Shown here: positions 1 to 8,279 of the stretch, in pieces
How positions within the stretch are numbered: position 1 is the first letter of the stretch
Layout: every line of letters begins with the position of its first letter
Notes under the pieces: generated by a model
Seen by the model: the letters and a program-made list of their open reading frames with translations, nothing else
What the model was told of the DNA's origin: nothing
Databases searched by the model: none
Position numbers and translations under genes: made by a program
Source: Pedobacter arcticus A12
Lineage (GTDB): Bacteria > Bacteroidota > Bacteroidia > Sphingobacteriales > Sphingobacteriaceae
NCBI RefSeq assembly: GCF_000302595.1
Contig: NZ_JH947125.1
Span: 228,884 to 260,883, forward strand
Direction of reading: 5' to 3'
DNA: 32,000 nucleotides

Positions 1-270
1 GATATCAAGAATGCGGTTTCTAACGGCAGTATATAAGTAAGCGGAAAGCGTTGTGTTTATGCTTATGGTTTCTCGTTTATTCCAAAGTTTAGTAAATAGC
101 TCTTGGACAACATCTTGTGCCTCGTCTCTATCTTTTATCATTTTTACAGCGTGGATATAAAGAACACCTTTATAGCGTTCGTAAATTTGACTAAAAGCTT
201 GTTCATTACCCTGTTGAAGTAGAGTAAGTAAGCTTGAATCGTCTAGGTTGTTATATTGGTTTACATTCAC
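1..270 (-). CDS. ECF-type RNA polymerase sigma-70 factor, N-terminal part (gene continues beyond the left window edge)
   Basis: Not in the ORF track because it is truncated. Reverse-strand translation from GTG at 270-268 gives VNVNQYNNLDDSSLLTLLQQGNEQAFSQIYERYKGVLYIHAVKMIKDRDEAQDVVQELFTKLWNKRETISINTTLSAYLYTAVRNRILDI. This is the sigma-70 region-2 pattern typical of Bacteroidota ECF sigma factors. An in-frame TGA two codons upstream limits the 5' end. The GTG start is an assumption. Confidence 0.55.
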   Translation of the reverse strand, partial: MNVNQYNNLDDSSLLTLLQQGNEQAFSQIYERYKGVLYIHAVKMIKDRDEAQDVVQELFTKLWNKRETISINTTLSAYLYTAVRNRILDI

Positions 271-391
271 AAATCAAAAAAGTTGCCAAATTGAAACGTG
301 TTTACGAACACACGGTTTATGGTTTTATTGAGATATTTTAAATCGTATAGCAATTTATGAAATTAATTTGGAGCCACATTTTTTTAAATAA

Positions 392-427
392 AAAAGGTTG
401 GTGAAAATTTATTTTCACCAACCTTTT
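392..427 (-). terminator. Intrinsic terminator hairpin downstream of the GH18 gene
   Basis: Perfect inverted repeat AAAAGGTTGGTGAAAAT (392-408) / ATTTTCACCAACCTTTT (411-427), 21 nt after the stop codon at 448-450. It is flanked by A/T runs, so either strand would carry a U-rich tail. Confidence 0.6.
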
Positions 428-447
428 ATTTAGGGTTGATTTTGGTT

Positions 448-3291
448 TTAGTTTAGAATAACTTTCTTGCTTTGTGTAGAACCGTTTAAATTTTTTAAAA
501 CTAAAATATACGTTCCGGGAGCAATTTTGCTGGTATTTAAAGAAATAGTAGTTTGGTTTTCTAGATCTTTTTCTAAGAATAGGGTACCCGTTGCATTCAA
601 TAATTTTGCGGTTTTAAATTTGTTTTCAGGGAACTGCAGATTGATGCTTTCTTTTGCTGGATTAGGATAAACTGTAAATTCGGCCAGTTTTAAGTTGGCA
701 GTCACAAAACATATTTCAGAGTATTTTGCCTGACCGTCAAAATCTAATTGCTTTAAGCGGTAATAATTGGTGCCTCTGGGTACAGCATTATCCTGAAAAG
801 TGTAAAATAATTTTTGGGTACTATTTCCAGAAGCAACTTTAGAATTAACAAAGCCTAGTTTTTCAAACGATTTACCATCTAAAGATTTCTGAACTTCGAA
901 ACCTTTATTGTTTTGTTCTGATGCCGTTACCCATCTTAATTCTGTTATCCCTTTGTAAATAGAAGATTTAAAAGATTCTAAAGAAACAGGTAAAGGGGTT
1001 TCTGTAGCATCCGTTACTAAGCCAAGGTTTGCATTTAATATGCTGTTTAAGCTTTTTAAAAGCGATAGGTTATTACTCACATCAACATCGGTTGCTAAAT
1101 CCCAGTACATTACCCCTAACAAATCTTGGTCTCTTATATATTTTGCTTTGTTCACAATTGTTTCCTGGCCATTATAAGTCATCGAAACAGGGACACTGTT
1201 AATAGAAACGTCTATTATATCCAACGCCGGACTTAAGCTTGGGTATTGGCTCACTATGGTTTTGTAAGTGGTGGTTACCTTTGAATTATCACTTGCTGCT
1301 GCATAAAAGGGTAAGCCCATAACTACTTTGTTTTTAGGGTATCCATAATTTAATATGGTACTTACATTACTTACAAATTCGTTATACGGGTATCTATCTG
1401 GACTTGGACCATATGATTGGATAGACGCAAAATCTATTGCTGCTATTGCGGCAGCACTTATTTTGTAGTAGAGCGGGTGTAATGTTACAGAGAAAATACT
1501 ATTGGTAGGTAATTGAGGTTTAAGTTCAAGAATAGTATTGCTATAATCTGTCCATTCTTGTGTGGAGTAACACCATTCAAAATCTAAATCTACGCCATCA
1601 AAATTATAAGTGCTTAATACGCTATTTACGTTATTGGCAAAAGCGGTTCTGGCAGTTGGAGATGCTGCCATTGTTTTCCAATCTCCACCAATAATTCCTA
1701 ACCTAAGTTTTGCACCTGTTTTTCCGTTCAAGGTATTTTTTAAACCATTTAAAACGCCTACCCACGTTCTTGAGTCTTTTCCAGGATTTGCGGAATCATC
1801 ATATTTCCAGTAAGCAGTTGTTTTGGTAGAATTCCATGAGTTTATAGCAATTGGGGCGTTCATAACAGCTTGAATTTCTGTTTGGCTCATGGTTAAGCTA
1901 CTTACGCTTGTTTCATCCAATTTTCCGTCAAAATTAAATCCTAATTCAAAATTAGCGTCAATAAAAGGAGTAGTAGCCCCCAATATTCCGTTCGGGCTGC
2001 CATAAGGTTTTAATACGCCATCGATATAAATCTTAAGTTGTTGCCCTACAGCTAACGCTCCATTATAGCTCATTGCTAAGTGATGCCAAGCCCCTGGAGT
2101 TATCCCGCCATTGTCTACTTTGGCATAAGTATTTGCTCCATTTGCTACGTGGAAAAACAAGGTATTGGTAGCTGTAGGGCCTAATTGGATATCAATCCTG
2201 TTTGGGGTGTCTTTAAGCTTTCTAAAGATATAACTGTTTTCTACCCAACTATCTACATAAACCCAAGTTGAAAACGTAAAAGTACTGGTTCCTGCGTCGG
2301 CTTTTGTCATTAAATCCTTTCCGGCCATCATTTTTGCGCCAGTTCCGCTAAAATCTAAAACTCCATTTCTACCATCAAAAGATGCTAGGTAACTTGCGTT
2401 TGTTAATACGCCATCATTAATTGGGTATTCGTAGAATAAATCTCCGTTGGCTTTAACATTAGCAGCCATATAAATAATATCGTTATTGTTCAGTAAAGCC
2501 TCGTCACTAATTTGATTGTTTTCGTAGAAACTTGAACGGATGTAAGAGCTTACCATTCTGTAAACAAAATTAGTGTTATCTGTTACAGTTACTAAAGTAG
2601 CATCGGTTAGTGTTCCGTTTTGTGAACCTTTATAATCTACCACCGCATTGGCGTTTTGATCCATTTTCCAGTAAGCCAATAAATTAGCAATCAAGGGATG
2701 CCTATTGTTAATGGTGTTTTTAAAGTCTATTTGCGTTTCCGATAAATTGGTATTCCATAACCTAACCTCATCGAATTTGCCTGCAAAGCTATTTCCTGCT
2801 AATTCAAAAGCCGAGGTAGTAGTTGGTGTAGTTGTAGATAATGTTCCGTTTCCGCTACTGTAGGTTAACGATTTTGACACGCCATCAATAAATACTTTAA
2901 TCATATTGTAAGCGGTTTGAGAGCCATCATATGACATGGAAATATGATGCCATTCCCCAGCGTTTATTGGGCAATTATCTGCAATAGCATAATTGTTTAC
3001 ACCATTACCCACAAAGAAAAGCAGTTTCTTTGTGGCCGATGTACTTAACTGAATACCAATTCGGTTGCTTGCGTTGTCCATCTGCCTAAAGATGTAACTG
3101 TCTTGGTTCCATTGGTCAATATAAACCCAAGCCTCAAAAGTGAATTTATTTACACCGTTAAGTGAGGAGATATTGCCAAAAGAGGCTTTACTGGTAGCTG
3201 TACCTGTAAAACTCGCTGCTTTGTTAAGCACTTGAGCTTGGCTAGCAAAAGCGCCTGCAAGGAGAAATAAAATTGTAAAAAGTTTACGCAT
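448..3291 (-). CDS. Secreted multidomain GH18 glycoside hydrolase (chitinase / endo-beta-N-acetylglucosaminidase-like) with two LamG-like lectin modules and a T9SS C-terminal sorting domain
   Basis: 947-aa ORF with signal peptide MRKLFTILFLLAGAFASQAQ. Two paralogous LamG/concanavalin-A-like modules lie at aa ~27-215 and ~300-500 (FTFEAWVYIDQW..SYIFRQ..NRIGIQL..GEWHHISMSYDG..IKVFIDGV vs FTFSTWVYVDSW..SYIFRK..NRIDIQL..GAWHHLAMSYNG..LKIYIDGV). The GH18 DxxDxDxE motif FDGVDLDFEW is intact (Glu572 = nt 1576-1578). The last ~80 aa (nt 451-690, FTVYPNPAKESINLQF...GTYILVLKN) fit the T9SS type-A C-terminal domain pattern. Confidence 0.85.
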   Translation of the reverse strand: MRKLFTILFLLAGAFASQAQVLNKAASFTGTATSKASFGNISSLNGVNKFTFEAWVYIDQWNQDSYIFRQMDNASNRIGIQLSTSATKKLLFFVGNGVNNYAIADNCPINAGEWHHISMSYDGSQTAYNMIKVFIDGVSKSLTYSSGNGTLSTTTPTTTSAFELAGNSFAGKFDEVRLWNTNLSETQIDFKNTINNRHPLIANLLAYWKMDQNANAVVDYKGSQNGTLTDATLVTVTDNTNFVYRMVSSYIRSSFYENNQISDEALLNNNDIIYMAANVKANGDLFYEYPINDGVLTNASYLASFDGRNGVLDFSGTGAKMMAGKDLMTKADAGTSTFTFSTWVYVDSWVENSYIFRKLKDTPNRIDIQLGPTATNTLFFHVANGANTYAKVDNGGITPGAWHHLAMSYNGALAVGQQLKIYIDGVLKPYGSPNGILGATTPFIDANFELGFNFDGKLDETSVSSLTMSQTEIQAVMNAPIAINSWNSTKTTAYWKYDDSANPGKDSRTWVGVLNGLKNTLNGKTGAKLRLGIIGGDWKTMAASPTARTAFANNVNSVLSTYNFDGVDLDFEWCYSTQEWTDYSNTILELKPQLPTNSIFSVTLHPLYYKISAAAIAAIDFASIQSYGPSPDRYPYNEFVSNVSTILNYGYPKNKVVMGLPFYAAASDNSKVTTTYKTIVSQYPSLSPALDIIDVSINSVPVSMTYNGQETIVNKAKYIRDQDLLGVMYWDLATDVDVSNNLSLLKSLNSILNANLGLVTDATETPLPVSLESFKSSIYKGITELRWVTASEQNNKGFEVQKSLDGKSFEKLGFVNSKVASGNSTQKLFYTFQDNAVPRGTNYYRLKQLDFDGQAKYSEICFVTANLKLAEFTVYPNPAKESINLQFPENKFKTAKLLNATGTLFLEKDLENQTTISLNTSKIAPGTYILVLKNLNGSTQSKKVILN

Positions 3292-3317
3292 AATTGTTTG
3301 TTTATTTAATTGGTTGA

Positions 3318-4115
3318 TTATTTCTGTTGATAAATTTTTACCCAGTCCACTTTCATTTCAAAGGGAAAATCTTCGGCTATTGCTTTCCCGGGCCAGCCAG
3401 CACCCCCAGATTGATTTAGTATCAGATAAAAAGGATGGTCAAAAGGCCATTCCCTTTCCGTTGTATTTTTGGGTTTTTGATAGGTGTAAGTGAGTTTTTT
3501 GTTAACAAAAAAGCTGATGTGGTTTTCTGTCCATTCTATTCCGTAAATGTTGAATTCATTTACTTTAAAGGGAGTTTTGACAAACGCTTTGCTTGAGCCA
3601 CCTGTAGAAGTTACCGCCAAATTGTGTATGGTTTGGAATACCTGATCATCTCTGTTTAGATGTTCCATAATGTCAATTTCACCAGTCTCTGGCCATTTTT
3701 TAGCATTCGCTGGCATCAGCCAAATGGCAGGCCATGAGCCTGTTGCTTGTTTAAATTTGGCTTTAACTTCTACTTTTCCGTATTTGAAAGCAAATTTGTC
3801 TTTGGTGCTAATCCCAGCCGACTGATATTTTGATCCATCGGTTCCTGCACCTCCGTTAATCATTTTTAGATTTAGTAAACCTTTTTTAACTTTTGCGTTT
3901 TCTGGATTTGGAGTTAAAAATCTTGCCCATGCTGCATTGTTGCGATCAGAAAAAGTCCAATATTTTTCATTCGGTTTACCGTTCCTTCTAAAATTATCTT
4001 TAAAAACAATTTGCCATTTGGGTTTAATTGGGTTGTTAACTCTTGGGTTTTCACCTGCTTCTAAAAACAAAGACAAAAAAAGAAAAGGCAATAGCAAAAG
4101 GCTACACTTAAACAT
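3318..4115 (-). CDS. Secreted GH16 family beta-glucanase (laminarinase-like)
   Basis: 265-aa ORF with an N-terminal hydrophobic signal sequence. GH16 motifs are WPAIWLMP and the catalytic ExDxxE in GEIDIMEH (Glu146/Asp148/Glu151, nt 3663-3680). A 26-nt gap to the downstream GH18 gene on the same strand suggests an operon. Confidence 0.85.
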   Translation of the reverse strand: MFKCSLLLLPFLFLSLFLEAGENPRVNNPIKPKWQIVFKDNFRRNGKPNEKYWTFSDRNNAAWARFLTPNPENAKVKKGLLNLKMINGGAGTDGSKYQSAGISTKDKFAFKYGKVEVKAKFKQATGSWPAIWLMPANAKKWPETGEIDIMEHLNRDDQVFQTIHNLAVTSTGGSSKAFVKTPFKVNEFNIYGIEWTENHISFFVNKKLTYTYQKPKNTTEREWPFDHPFYLILNQSGGAGWPGKAIAEDFPFEMKVDWVKIYQQK

Positions 4116-4325
4116 TAATCAGAATTTTAATTGGTTATTGATTAATGTGATGACGGGAGTAAAGGGGAATAGTAGTATCGACTAATCAAATAAATCTAAT
4201 TGTTATGCACTAAAAATTTTCGGTAGTCCGATACTTATAAATTGGATAAATTTTTAAAAGGAAGATGATGTTCGTTGTGTGTTGGGACAGGGGAAATCTT
4301 TAAGCTGAAGATTAGCGCAAAAAGA

Positions 4326-4366
4326 AAGTCCAAAAACACCGTTTCTAATTTGGTGTTTTTGGACTT
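4326..4366 (-). terminator. Rho-independent terminator of purL
   Basis: 15-bp stem with perfect 14-bp core AGTCCAAAAACACC (4327-4340) / GGTGTTTTTGGACT (4352-4365) and an 11-nt loop. It lies 24 nt downstream of the purL stop (4390-4392). On the minus strand it is followed by TTCTTTTTGC. Confidence 0.7.
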
Positions 4367-4389
4367 ATATAATTTAGTGTTCTGGAGAA

Positions 4390-7300
4390 TTATTTCTGTT
4401 TCTCTTCAACCCATTTTCTGGCGTTTACAAAAGCTTCCATCCAAGGGGAGACCTCGTCTTTACGGCCTTTTGGATAGTTTGCCCAGTTCCATTGAAACAG
4501 AGAACGCTCAATGTGTGGCATCATCACTAAATGGCGTCCTGTTTCATCGCACATCATTGCCGTGTTAAAATCAGAACCGTTCGGGCTAGCAGGGTATTGA
4601 TCGTAACCATATTTAGCTACAATTTGATATTTATCTTCAGCGTAAGGAAGCGAAAATCTACCTTCTCCGTGAGAAACCCAAACGCCCAGCGTACTTCCTG
4701 CTAAGCTAGAAAGCATTACTGATTTGTTCTCTTGCAACGTTAAAGAAGTGAAGATACTTTCGTGTTTTCCACTTTTGTTATGCAACATTTTAGGTTTTTC
4801 TTCATGATTTTTGTTGATCAAGCCTAACTCTACAAACAATTGGCAACCATTACAGATACCAACGGAAAGCGTGTCTTCACGAGCAAAGAATTTTTCTAAT
4901 GCCACTCTTGCCTTTTCGTTGTACATAAATGCACCTGCCCAACCTTTTGCCGAACCTAAAACGTCTGAATTTGAGAAACCACCAACAGTACCAATAAATT
5001 GGATGTCTTCTAACGTTTCTCTGCCAGATATTAAATCCGTCATGTGTACATCTTTTACATCAAAACCTGCTAAATACATCGCGTTAGCCACTTCACGTTC
5101 AGAGTTACTTCCCTTTTCACGAATAATTGCTGCCTTAGGGCGAGGTTTAGAGCTATCAATAACCGGTTTTTTACCGTTGAAATGAGTAGGGAATTTATAA
5201 ACTAAAGGCTGGTTTTTATAGTTCTCGTAACGATCTTTTGCCAAGCCGTTTCCGGTTTGTCTGTTATCTAATAAGTAAGAAGTTTTAAACCAAACATCAC
5301 GTAAGTGCGCAATGTCGAAACTAAAGTTCTCTGTAGCATTTGTAATTTCTAAGCTTGCTGATGAAGTTACCTCTCCAATTTTATGGAAATTGATACCAGC
5401 GGTTTTTAGCGTTGCTTCTACAGAACTATCAGCTTGGAAAACCAGACCAATATTTTCTGAAAACAACAATTTAATGCTGTCATTTTCTGCTAGCGCAGAT
5501 AAATCTATTTTTGCTCCTAAATTAACATCAGCAAAACACATTTCTAATAAAGTGGTAATTAAACCGCCACTGCCAATATCATGACCTGCTTCAATTTTAC
5601 CTGTTTTAACTAATTGTTGAATAGCGTTAAAAGTGTTTTTTAGTTGAGCAGCATCTTTTACATCTGGCGCTTCGTTGCCAATTTTATTTAAAATCTGAGC
5701 GAAAGAAGAACCACCTAATTTATAACTGTCGTTAGATAAGTTAATATAGTAAATAGCGCCACCGTCTTTTTGTAAAACAGGCTCAACTACTTTGGTAACA
5801 TCATTACAATTACCACCTGCAGAAATAATAACCGTTCCTGGTGCAATTACATCACCATCTTTATATTTCTGTTTCATCGATAAAGAGTCTTTCCCTGTTG
5901 GGATGTTGATTCCTAAATCGATAGCGAAATCTGAACAAGCTTTTACTGCGGCATATAAACGAGCATCTTCACCTTCGTTTTTACAAGCCCACATCCAGTT
6001 TGCAGATAGAGAAACACTTTTTAAACCGTCTTTAAGCGGTGCCCAAACCAAGTTAGATAAAGATTCTGCGATGGCATTCCTACTTCCTGCTGCAGGATTA
6101 ATCAAAGCCGTTAAGGGCGAATGACCTATCGAAGTTGCAATTCCTTCTTTACCTTGGAAATCTAAAGCCATAACGCCACAGTTATTTAATGGCAATTGTA
6201 AAGGACCAGCATTTTGCTGTTTAGCAACTCGGCCGCCTACGCAACGGTCTACTTTATTTGTTAACCAATCTTTACAAGCCACGGCTTCTAACTGTAAAAC
6301 CTGCTCTAGGTAAGTATTCAGTTTAGCTTTATCGTAAGTAATGCTGTCATATTTGTAATCGATGGTTTTATCATCCATTACAATTTTTGGAGAACTTCCA
6401 AACATAGCTTCTAATTCCAAATCCATTGGTTTAGCGCCTGTTTTCTCCGATTTAAAAGTGAAGCGATGATCGCCCGTAACTTTCCCAACGGTGTACATTG
6501 GAGAACGTTCTCTGTCTGCAATTTTTTGCAAAGTTTCAATATGTTCATCGCTGATCACCAAACCCAAACGTTCCTGAGATTCGTTTCCGATGATTTCCTT
6601 TGCTGATAAAGTTGGATCGCCAACGGGCAATTTATCCAGGTTAATTAAGCCACCTGTTTCTTCTACCAATTCTGAAAGACAATTTAAATGTCCACCTGCA
6701 CCATGATCGTGGATAGAAACGATAAAATTTTCTTCACTTTCCACCATTCCACGAACAGCATTGGCTGCTCTTTTTTGCATTTCAGGGTTTGAGCGTTGTA
6801 TCGCGTTTAATTCGATGCCACTACCATGTTGGCCGGTGTCAGCAGACGAAACCGCTGCACCTCCCATACCAATTCGGTAGTTTTCTCCACCTAAAACAAC
6901 AATGTTGTCGCCTTCTTTTGGCTTTTGTTTTTTTGCCTGACTGGCTTTCCCGTAACCAATACCGCCGGCAAGCATAATCACTTTGTCAAAGCCTAAAGTT
7001 CTGTTGGCTTCCCGGTGTTCAAACGTTAAAACAGAACCTGTAATTAAAGGCTGACCAAATTTATTTCCAAAATCCGTTGCACCGTTAGATGCTTTAATCA
7101 GAATGTCCATTGGTGTTTGGTATAACCATTCTCTTTCTTTTACTCCTTTTTCCCATGGTCTATCTTCTGCCAAACGAGAAAGTGCAGTCATGTAAACCGC
7201 TGTTCCTGCTAAAGGTAAAGAACCTTGTCCGCCCGCTAATCGGTCTCTAATCTCACCGCCAGAACCTGTTGCAGCGCCATTAAATGGTTCAACTGTGGTT

Positions 7301-8055
7301 GGGAAGTTATGAGTTTCGGCCTTGATAGAAATTACCGAATCAAAATCGCTGGTGGCGTAATATGCTGGAACATCCGCTCTTTTAGGTGCAAACTGTTGCA
7401 CCTTTGGACCTTTTATAAAAGCTACGTTATCTTTATAAGCAGAAACAATATCGTTCGGGTTTTCTGAAGAAGTTTTTCTGATTAATTTGAACAATGATGA
7501 CGGTTGCTCTTCGCCATCAATCACAAATTTGCCATTGAATATTTTATGACGGCAATGTTCTGAGTTTACTTGTGAGAATCCGAAAACTTCAGAATCAGTT
7601 AATGGTCTTCCCAGTTTTTTTGCAAGATTTTCTAAATATTCAACTTCTTCGCTGCTTAAAGATAAACCCTCTTGCTTATTATAAGCTGCGATATCTGTTA
7701 TTGATAAAATAGGCTCGGGTTTAATGTTGATGGTAAAAACATCCTGACCTACATCGTTGTATTTTTGTGAAAGCATAGGGTCGAAATCAGTAAAATCTGA
7801 ATCAACTTTCTTAAATTCTTCAATTCTTATAATGCCATGGATATCCATGTTTTGCGTAATCTCTACCGCGTTGGTGCTCCAAGGTGTAATCATAGCGGCT
7901 CTTGGACCGATAAAAAAACCCGTTAAAGCTTTTTCAGTAGAAATTTTAGCATCGCCAAACAGCCATTCGAGTTTAGGGATATCGGAGGAGGCAAGCGCCT
8001 GATCAATTTGTAGAACAAAAATGGCTTGCGATTGATTGATGAAGAAATAAATCAT
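4390..8055 (-). CDS. purL: Phosphoribosylformylglycinamidine (FGAM) synthase, single-chain large type
   Basis: 1221-aa ORF, colinear with large-type PurL as I remember it. The synthetase region carries SEHCRHKIF and DHGAGGH motifs. The C-terminal glutaminase domain carries the GICNGCQ nucleophile-Cys motif and the late MMPHIERS motif. Confidence 0.96.
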   Translation of the reverse strand: MIYFFINQSQAIFVLQIDQALASSDIPKLEWLFGDAKISTEKALTGFFIGPRAAMITPWSTNAVEITQNMDIHGIIRIEEFKKVDSDFTDFDPMLSQKYNDVGQDVFTINIKPEPILSITDIAAYNKQEGLSLSSEEVEYLENLAKKLGRPLTDSEVFGFSQVNSEHCRHKIFNGKFVIDGEEQPSSLFKLIRKTSSENPNDIVSAYKDNVAFIKGPKVQQFAPKRADVPAYYATSDFDSVISIKAETHNFPTTVEPFNGAATGSGGEIRDRLAGGQGSLPLAGTAVYMTALSRLAEDRPWEKGVKEREWLYQTPMDILIKASNGATDFGNKFGQPLITGSVLTFEHREANRTLGFDKVIMLAGGIGYGKASQAKKQKPKEGDNIVVLGGENYRIGMGGAAVSSADTGQHGSGIELNAIQRSNPEMQKRAANAVRGMVESEENFIVSIHDHGAGGHLNCLSELVEETGGLINLDKLPVGDPTLSAKEIIGNESQERLGLVISDEHIETLQKIADRERSPMYTVGKVTGDHRFTFKSEKTGAKPMDLELEAMFGSSPKIVMDDKTIDYKYDSITYDKAKLNTYLEQVLQLEAVACKDWLTNKVDRCVGGRVAKQQNAGPLQLPLNNCGVMALDFQGKEGIATSIGHSPLTALINPAAGSRNAIAESLSNLVWAPLKDGLKSVSLSANWMWACKNEGEDARLYAAVKACSDFAIDLGINIPTGKDSLSMKQKYKDGDVIAPGTVIISAGGNCNDVTKVVEPVLQKDGGAIYYINLSNDSYKLGGSSFAQILNKIGNEAPDVKDAAQLKNTFNAIQQLVKTGKIEAGHDIGSGGLITTLLEMCFADVNLGAKIDLSALAENDSIKLLFSENIGLVFQADSSVEATLKTAGINFHKIGEVTSSASLEITNATENFSFDIAHLRDVWFKTSYLLDNRQTGNGLAKDRYENYKNQPLVYKFPTHFNGKKPVIDSSKPRPKAAIIREKGSNSEREVANAMYLAGFDVKDVHMTDLISGRETLEDIQFIGTVGGFSNSDVLGSAKGWAGAFMYNEKARVALEKFFAREDTLSVGICNGCQLFVELGLINKNHEEKPKMLHNKSGKHESIFTSLTLQENKSVMLSSLAGSTLGVWVSHGEGRFSLPYAEDKYQIVAKYGYDQYPASPNGSDFNTAMMCDETGRHLVMMPHIERSLFQWNWANYPKGRKDEVSPWMEAFVNARKWVEEKQK

Positions 8056-8279
8056 GCTTGTTTTTTTGAAAACGCAAAAATACGTTTTTTTGATGAAGAA
8101 TCAGTCGTTTTTAGTCAAAGGAATTCTACTAGGAATCATATATAATAGGCTACCTGCATCTGTACAACTTTATCAATTGAAATTCTGTTTTTACTTTACA
8201 CCTATGTTGAGTATTAAAAACTTACAGGCCTTACAGATTTTTTCTATATTGTGTCACTAAGAGAAAAACTAACCTAAGA

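Noticed and set aside
1-4115. Linking the ECF sigma factor and the GH16/GH18 genes to the downstream PUL as one system.
   Set aside because: They are separated from the PUL by purL and a terminator and lie on the opposite strand. The susC here lacks the STN domain needed for ECF/anti-sigma coupling. The sigma factor's partners are presumably beyond the left edge of the window.
4275-4568. 97-aa plus-strand ORF spanning the purL 3' end and its downstream spacer.
   Set aside because: It runs antisense through the purL stop region and straight through the purL terminator hairpin (4326-4366). No motif support.
8054-8260. 68-aa plus-strand ORF filling the purL / TPR-regulator divergent spacer.
   Set aside because: It overlaps the purL start codon. 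It is translated from A/T-rich promoter DNA (Phe/Leu/Ile/Lys rich) and has no signal or motif, so the region is more plausibly the two divergent promoters.
8056-8279. Possible purine/ZTP-type riboswitch in the purL leader.
   Set aside because: I see none of the conserved riboswitch cores I can recall (for example the GGGTCGTGACTGGCG...CCGCCTGGGCA-type ZTP motif). There is only a weak 6-bp A/T-rich stem (8068-8089). An Infernal/Rfam scan would be decisive.
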